In this document: positions 60,066 to 64,000 of the stretch, in pieces
How the letters are laid out: every line of letters starts with the position of its first letter
How positions within the stretch are numbered: position 1 is the stretch's first letter
Origin: Carcharhinus longimanus
Taxonomy: Eukaryota
Direction: 5' to 3'
Assembly: GCA_030264375.1 (NCBI GenBank)
Contig: JASCQW010000061.1
Span: forward strand, 116,209,457-116,273,456
Length of the DNA stretch: 64,000 bases
Notes under the pieces: generated by a model
Seen by the model: the letters and a program-made list of their open reading frames with translations, nothing else
Told to the model about the DNA's origin: nothing
Databases searched by the model: none
Translations under genes and position numbers: made by a program

Positions 60066-62460
60066 GGGAGGTGATAGCACAGTGGTGATGCCCCTGGATT
60101 AGTAATTCAGAGGCACAGGTTAATGCTTTGGGAACAGAGGTTCAAATCTCACCATGGCAGCTGATGGAATTTAAATTCAATTAATAAATCTGTAATTAAA
60201 AGCTAGTCTCAGTAATAGTGATCATGAAACCATTGTTGTAAAAACCCATTTGATTCACTAATGTCCTTTAAGGAAGGAAAGCTGTCATCCTTACAGGGTC
60301 TGATCTTGCCTATTTGTGAATCCAGACCTCTACACGTGTGTTGACTTTTGAATGTGCTCTGAAATAGCCAAGCAAGTTTTATCAAACTGCTTCGGAGAAG
60401 TCAATAAAGGAAGGAATCCAGGCATCAACCTAGGCACCAGAAATGACAACAGCACAACAAGCCCTGGCAACCTCACAAAGTGCTTCTTATGAACATCTAC
60501 GGCTTGTACCAAAATTGGGAGAACAGTCCCACAGAATGGTTTAGCAACAGCCTGCCATTATCACTATCGTAGAATCATACCTTATAGATAACGTCCCAGA
60601 CACCACAATCATCATCACTGGCTATGTCCTGTCCCACCGGCACAACAGACCCAGCAGAGAAAACACAATGGTATACCATCATAGGAAATAGGAGCAGGAG
60701 TAGGCCATCTAGCCCTTCGAGCCTGCCCCGCCATTCAATAAGATCATGGCTGATCTNNNNNNNNNNNNNNNNNNNNNNNNNNNNNNNNNNNNNNNNNNNN
60801 NNNNNNNNNNNNNNNNNNNNNNNNNNNNNNNNNNNNNNNNNNNNNNNNNNNNNNNNTCCATTTGCCAGTTCCTGGCCCATTCGCCCAGCCTATCTAGATC
60901 CTTCTGCAGACTCTCCACACCCTCCGCGCAATCAGAAGGTAGATGCTCTGGGAATCCATTGCCTCTGGATCCCATGAGGTCTCATGGTATCAGATAAAAT
61001 GTGGACAAGGAAAGCTTCCATTGATTACCACCTACCACCCCGTGCTCAGTTGATGAATCTGTACTCCACCATGTTCAACACCACTTGGAGGAAGCATTGA
61101 GGGTGGCAAGGGTGCAGAATGTATTTTGGGTGAGGATCTCAATGTCCATCATCATAAGCGGCTTGATAGCACCACTATTGACCAAGCAGGCCAAGTCCTA
61201 AAGAACATAGCTGCTAAACTCCTGATAAGCAAGGGGGTGATAGGTTATAAGAGGTATGCGGTTTGAGGTTTTGCGGTTGCTATCAGATCATCTATGATCT
61301 TATGGTATTATGGCAGGCTTGAGGTATTCAATGGCCTATCCTGCTTCCTGTTTGTATGTTTGTAGACTGGGTCTGCAGCAGGTGGTGAGGGGGGCAACAA
61401 GAGGGAAAAAAACATACATTACATCATCCTCACCAATCTGCCTGTCATAGATGACAATATCAGGAGTGATCACTGTACAGTCCAAGTACCATCTTCACAT
61501 TGAGGATACCCTACATCCTGTCATGTGGCACTACCATGTTAAGTAGGATAGATTTTGAATAGACCTAGCAACTTAAAACTGAGTGGCCATGAGGTACTGA
61601 GGACCATCAGCAGCAGAATTGTATACAACCACAATTTGTCATATAACTTTTGTGTCAAACAATGATCATCTTTAATGAGTGCATGGGATTTAATGGGATT
61701 GAGGGTTATAGATAGGCCCAGTAGGTACGGATATGATCAGTGCAACTTGTGGGCCAAAGGACCTGTTTGTGCTGTCGTTTTCTATGTTCTATGTTTAACA
61801 ATAGAGAATCTAATCATCTCCCCTTGATGGCATTACCATCACTGAATCTCTGTCTATCATCATCCTGGGAGGGGTTACCATTGACCAGAAACTGAACTGG
61901 ACTAGCCATATAAATCCAATGACTACAAGAGCAGGTCAGAGGTTAGGAATCCTGCAGCAAGTAACTCACCTCCTAACCCGTCTGAGCCTGTCTGCCATCT
62001 AGAAGGTACNNNNNNNNNNNNNNNNNNNNNNNNNNNNNNNNNNNNNNNNNNNNNNNNNNNNNNNNNNNNNNNNNNNNNNNNNNNNNNNNNNNNNNNNNNN
62101 NNNNNNNNNAATACTCTTCATCTGCCTAGATAGGCAACCAACAATACTCAAGAAGCTCAACGTTATCCACAATAAATCAGCCCACTTGATTGGCATCTCA
62201 TCCACCATCTTCGACATTCACAACCTCCACCACCAATGCAGTGACAGCAGCCCGTGCCACCTACAAGATGCATTGCAACAACTTGCCAAAGCTCTTTTGA
62301 AAGCACCTTCCAAATCCATTAACTCTACCACCAAGAAGGACAAGCGCAGCAGTTACATGGGAACGCCATCACCTGAAAGTTCCCATCCAAGTCACACATC
62401 ATCCTGCCTTGGAACTATAGCACAGTTCTTTCACTGTCGCAGGGTCAAAATCTTGTTGCA
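60066..62460 (+). mobile_element. Second-family LINE with a tRNA-like 5' head, APE endonuclease and RT remnants, interrupted by CR1 fragments
   Basis: A box 60075-60085, B box 60139-60149; NIYGLVPKLGE...IVESYL...GYVLSHR endonuclease remnant ~60490-60660; ILGG.TIDQKLNWTSHI RT C-terminus ~61860-61910. Confidence 0.75.
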
Positions 62461-63701
62461 GTATTCAGGATGTGATCTAATCATGCTCTGTATAGTTTGA
62501 TTATCACATTATCTATTTTCTACTATATTGACTATTTAAATGGCGATTTTAAAATCCCAAATCTCATTCTGAGATTAAAAGTCCAGAGTGATGCAAGGAC
62601 AAACAATATGAAATATGTTTCTCCCCATTTTGACTGGAGAACTTTTCATATCGATCTTCAAGGTATGGATGTTCAGGCTTTTAGCTTGATGATCAAAGAA
62701 TAGCAATATATATCTACTCTAAGGTGATGTGTGCCTTGAAGGAGAATTCAGAGATGGTGGTGTTCCTATACACCTGCTATCTTTCTCCTTCTAGGTAGTG
62801 GAGATGCAGGTTTGGGAGGTGCAATTGAAGAATCCTTGACAAATTGCTACAGTCCATCCTATGGATAAGATTCATTGTATGGCAGTACATCAGTGGTGGA
62901 GGGAGTGGATGTTCAAACTATACATAAAGCAGGAAGAGACATAGTTATTCTATTGGGGAACAGGTGAGAGGTGGATTTGAGACCAGGGAAAGATCAGCCA
63001 TGATCTGACTGAGTGGCGGAGCAGGCTCGAAGGGCTGAATTTACCTACTTCTGCTCCTAATTTCAATGTTCCTATGGATGATTATTGTGCATTTGGTATA
63101 GATTACACTCAGTGCTAAAGTTTTAGAACTTTGCTGAAGACATTTATAAGCAATGGCTCACGTTATTGAAAAGGACAGGCTGTTCATCCTTTAATCATCC
63201 TGTTTTTAAATAATCTTTGTGATCAATTCAAATTGCACAATTTATTATTTTACACTGCAATAGTTTGCAAAAGCAAAATAGCTGTGTAAATTAATCAATG
63301 GTGTCACTTGTGTAATGTAAGTAATGTAACTTGCAAAAGCAATCTGTTTTGGAGGGCCATGATCAAACGAATAGTTGATCATTTTGAAGAGAGAGTGCAG
63401 ATTTATGATAATCACAAAATAAATTATTAGGGAGATTAGTAAAAATTATTTTACAGAAAAGGTGGTTCATGGTCAATCCTCTGCCACATACTATTGCTGA
63501 AACAAAGCTCGCAAATTGCTTTTAAACAGGAAAATCAAATAGACATGTGAAAACAGAAATAATATGGTGAGCAGAAGGGTGGAATTAGATTGGTCGAGAA
63601 AACCACCAGACTTGATGAGCTGAATAGAGTGTTTCTGTTCTGCAGCATTCCACCATTCTCTGTTCAATTTAAATAAATATCGTGCTTTATTCCCCTTCAA
63701 G

Positions 63702-63761
63702 GAAACTAAGGAGCCTGAAGTGCAGGAGCCAGCAGTCAGCGCTGAGACTGAGAGCACTGAG
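63702..63761 (+). CDS. AMPH: Amphiphysin 60-nt repeat exon, copy 2: ETKEPEVQEPAVSAETESTE
   Basis: ttattccccttcAAG acceptor, GAG|GTAAGT donor; phase 0-0; 17/20 aa identical to copy 1. Confidence 0.82.
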
Positions 63762-64000
63762 GTAAGTCAGTCTTGCTTGATGGCTGGGTTAAATTTAAAT
63801 TGTATCATCTATAAGTGTAAATTGTTCATTGCAATTAATTATTTGCCATCAGCTCTTGCTCCTATACATCCTGATGTCATCTCTACTCTTACTAATCTGT
63901 TTCTCTATGTATACCTATAGAAGCTTTTACAATCTATTATTTTTCGTCACTTACTAGTTTATTCTCTTTTTTTTCTCTTTTATCAATTTTCTAATCATCC

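Noticed and set aside
1-64000. CRISPR array, operon or prokaryotic defence system
   Set aside because: No regularly spaced repeat-spacer structure and no dense gene packing; the window is vertebrate intron/exon DNA.

Overview
Eukaryotic, repeat-rich intronic DNA from a cartilaginous fish (shark-like, judged from the V-SINE/HE1-type SINEs, CR1 LINEs and Deu-type SINEs), with several N-gaps. The whole window lies inside one + strand gene, amphiphysin (AMPH). Fifteen exons with AG/GT boundaries splice into one open frame of 2,775 nt (925 aa). They cover the distal BAR domain, the proline-rich region, the AP2/clathrin-binding (CLAP) region with FEDNF, LLDLD, DPF and PWDLW, two 24-nt microexons, a 1,656-nt acidic giant exon and several short linker exons. 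The start of the BAR domain and the SH3 domain fall outside the window. Introns are packed with decayed CR1, other LINEs, Rex/Babar, Gypsy LTR elements, SINEs and MITE-like DNA elements. The most notable observations are: the giant exon with a cluster of DPW/WxxF/YxxL endocytic-adaptor motifs; two tandemly duplicated 60-nt exons showing a purifying-selection pattern; a candidate extra 51-nt Cys-Cys exon followed by a YCAY cluster; a candidate alternative last exon overlapping an RFX X-box; a run of rare AAG acceptors; a 92-bp perfect palindrome with a target-site duplication; and a LINE with a tRNA-like head plus a SINE derived from it. No prokaryotic-type system (such as CRISPR) is present. 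Family names and comparisons to human AMPH come from recall, not from database searches.
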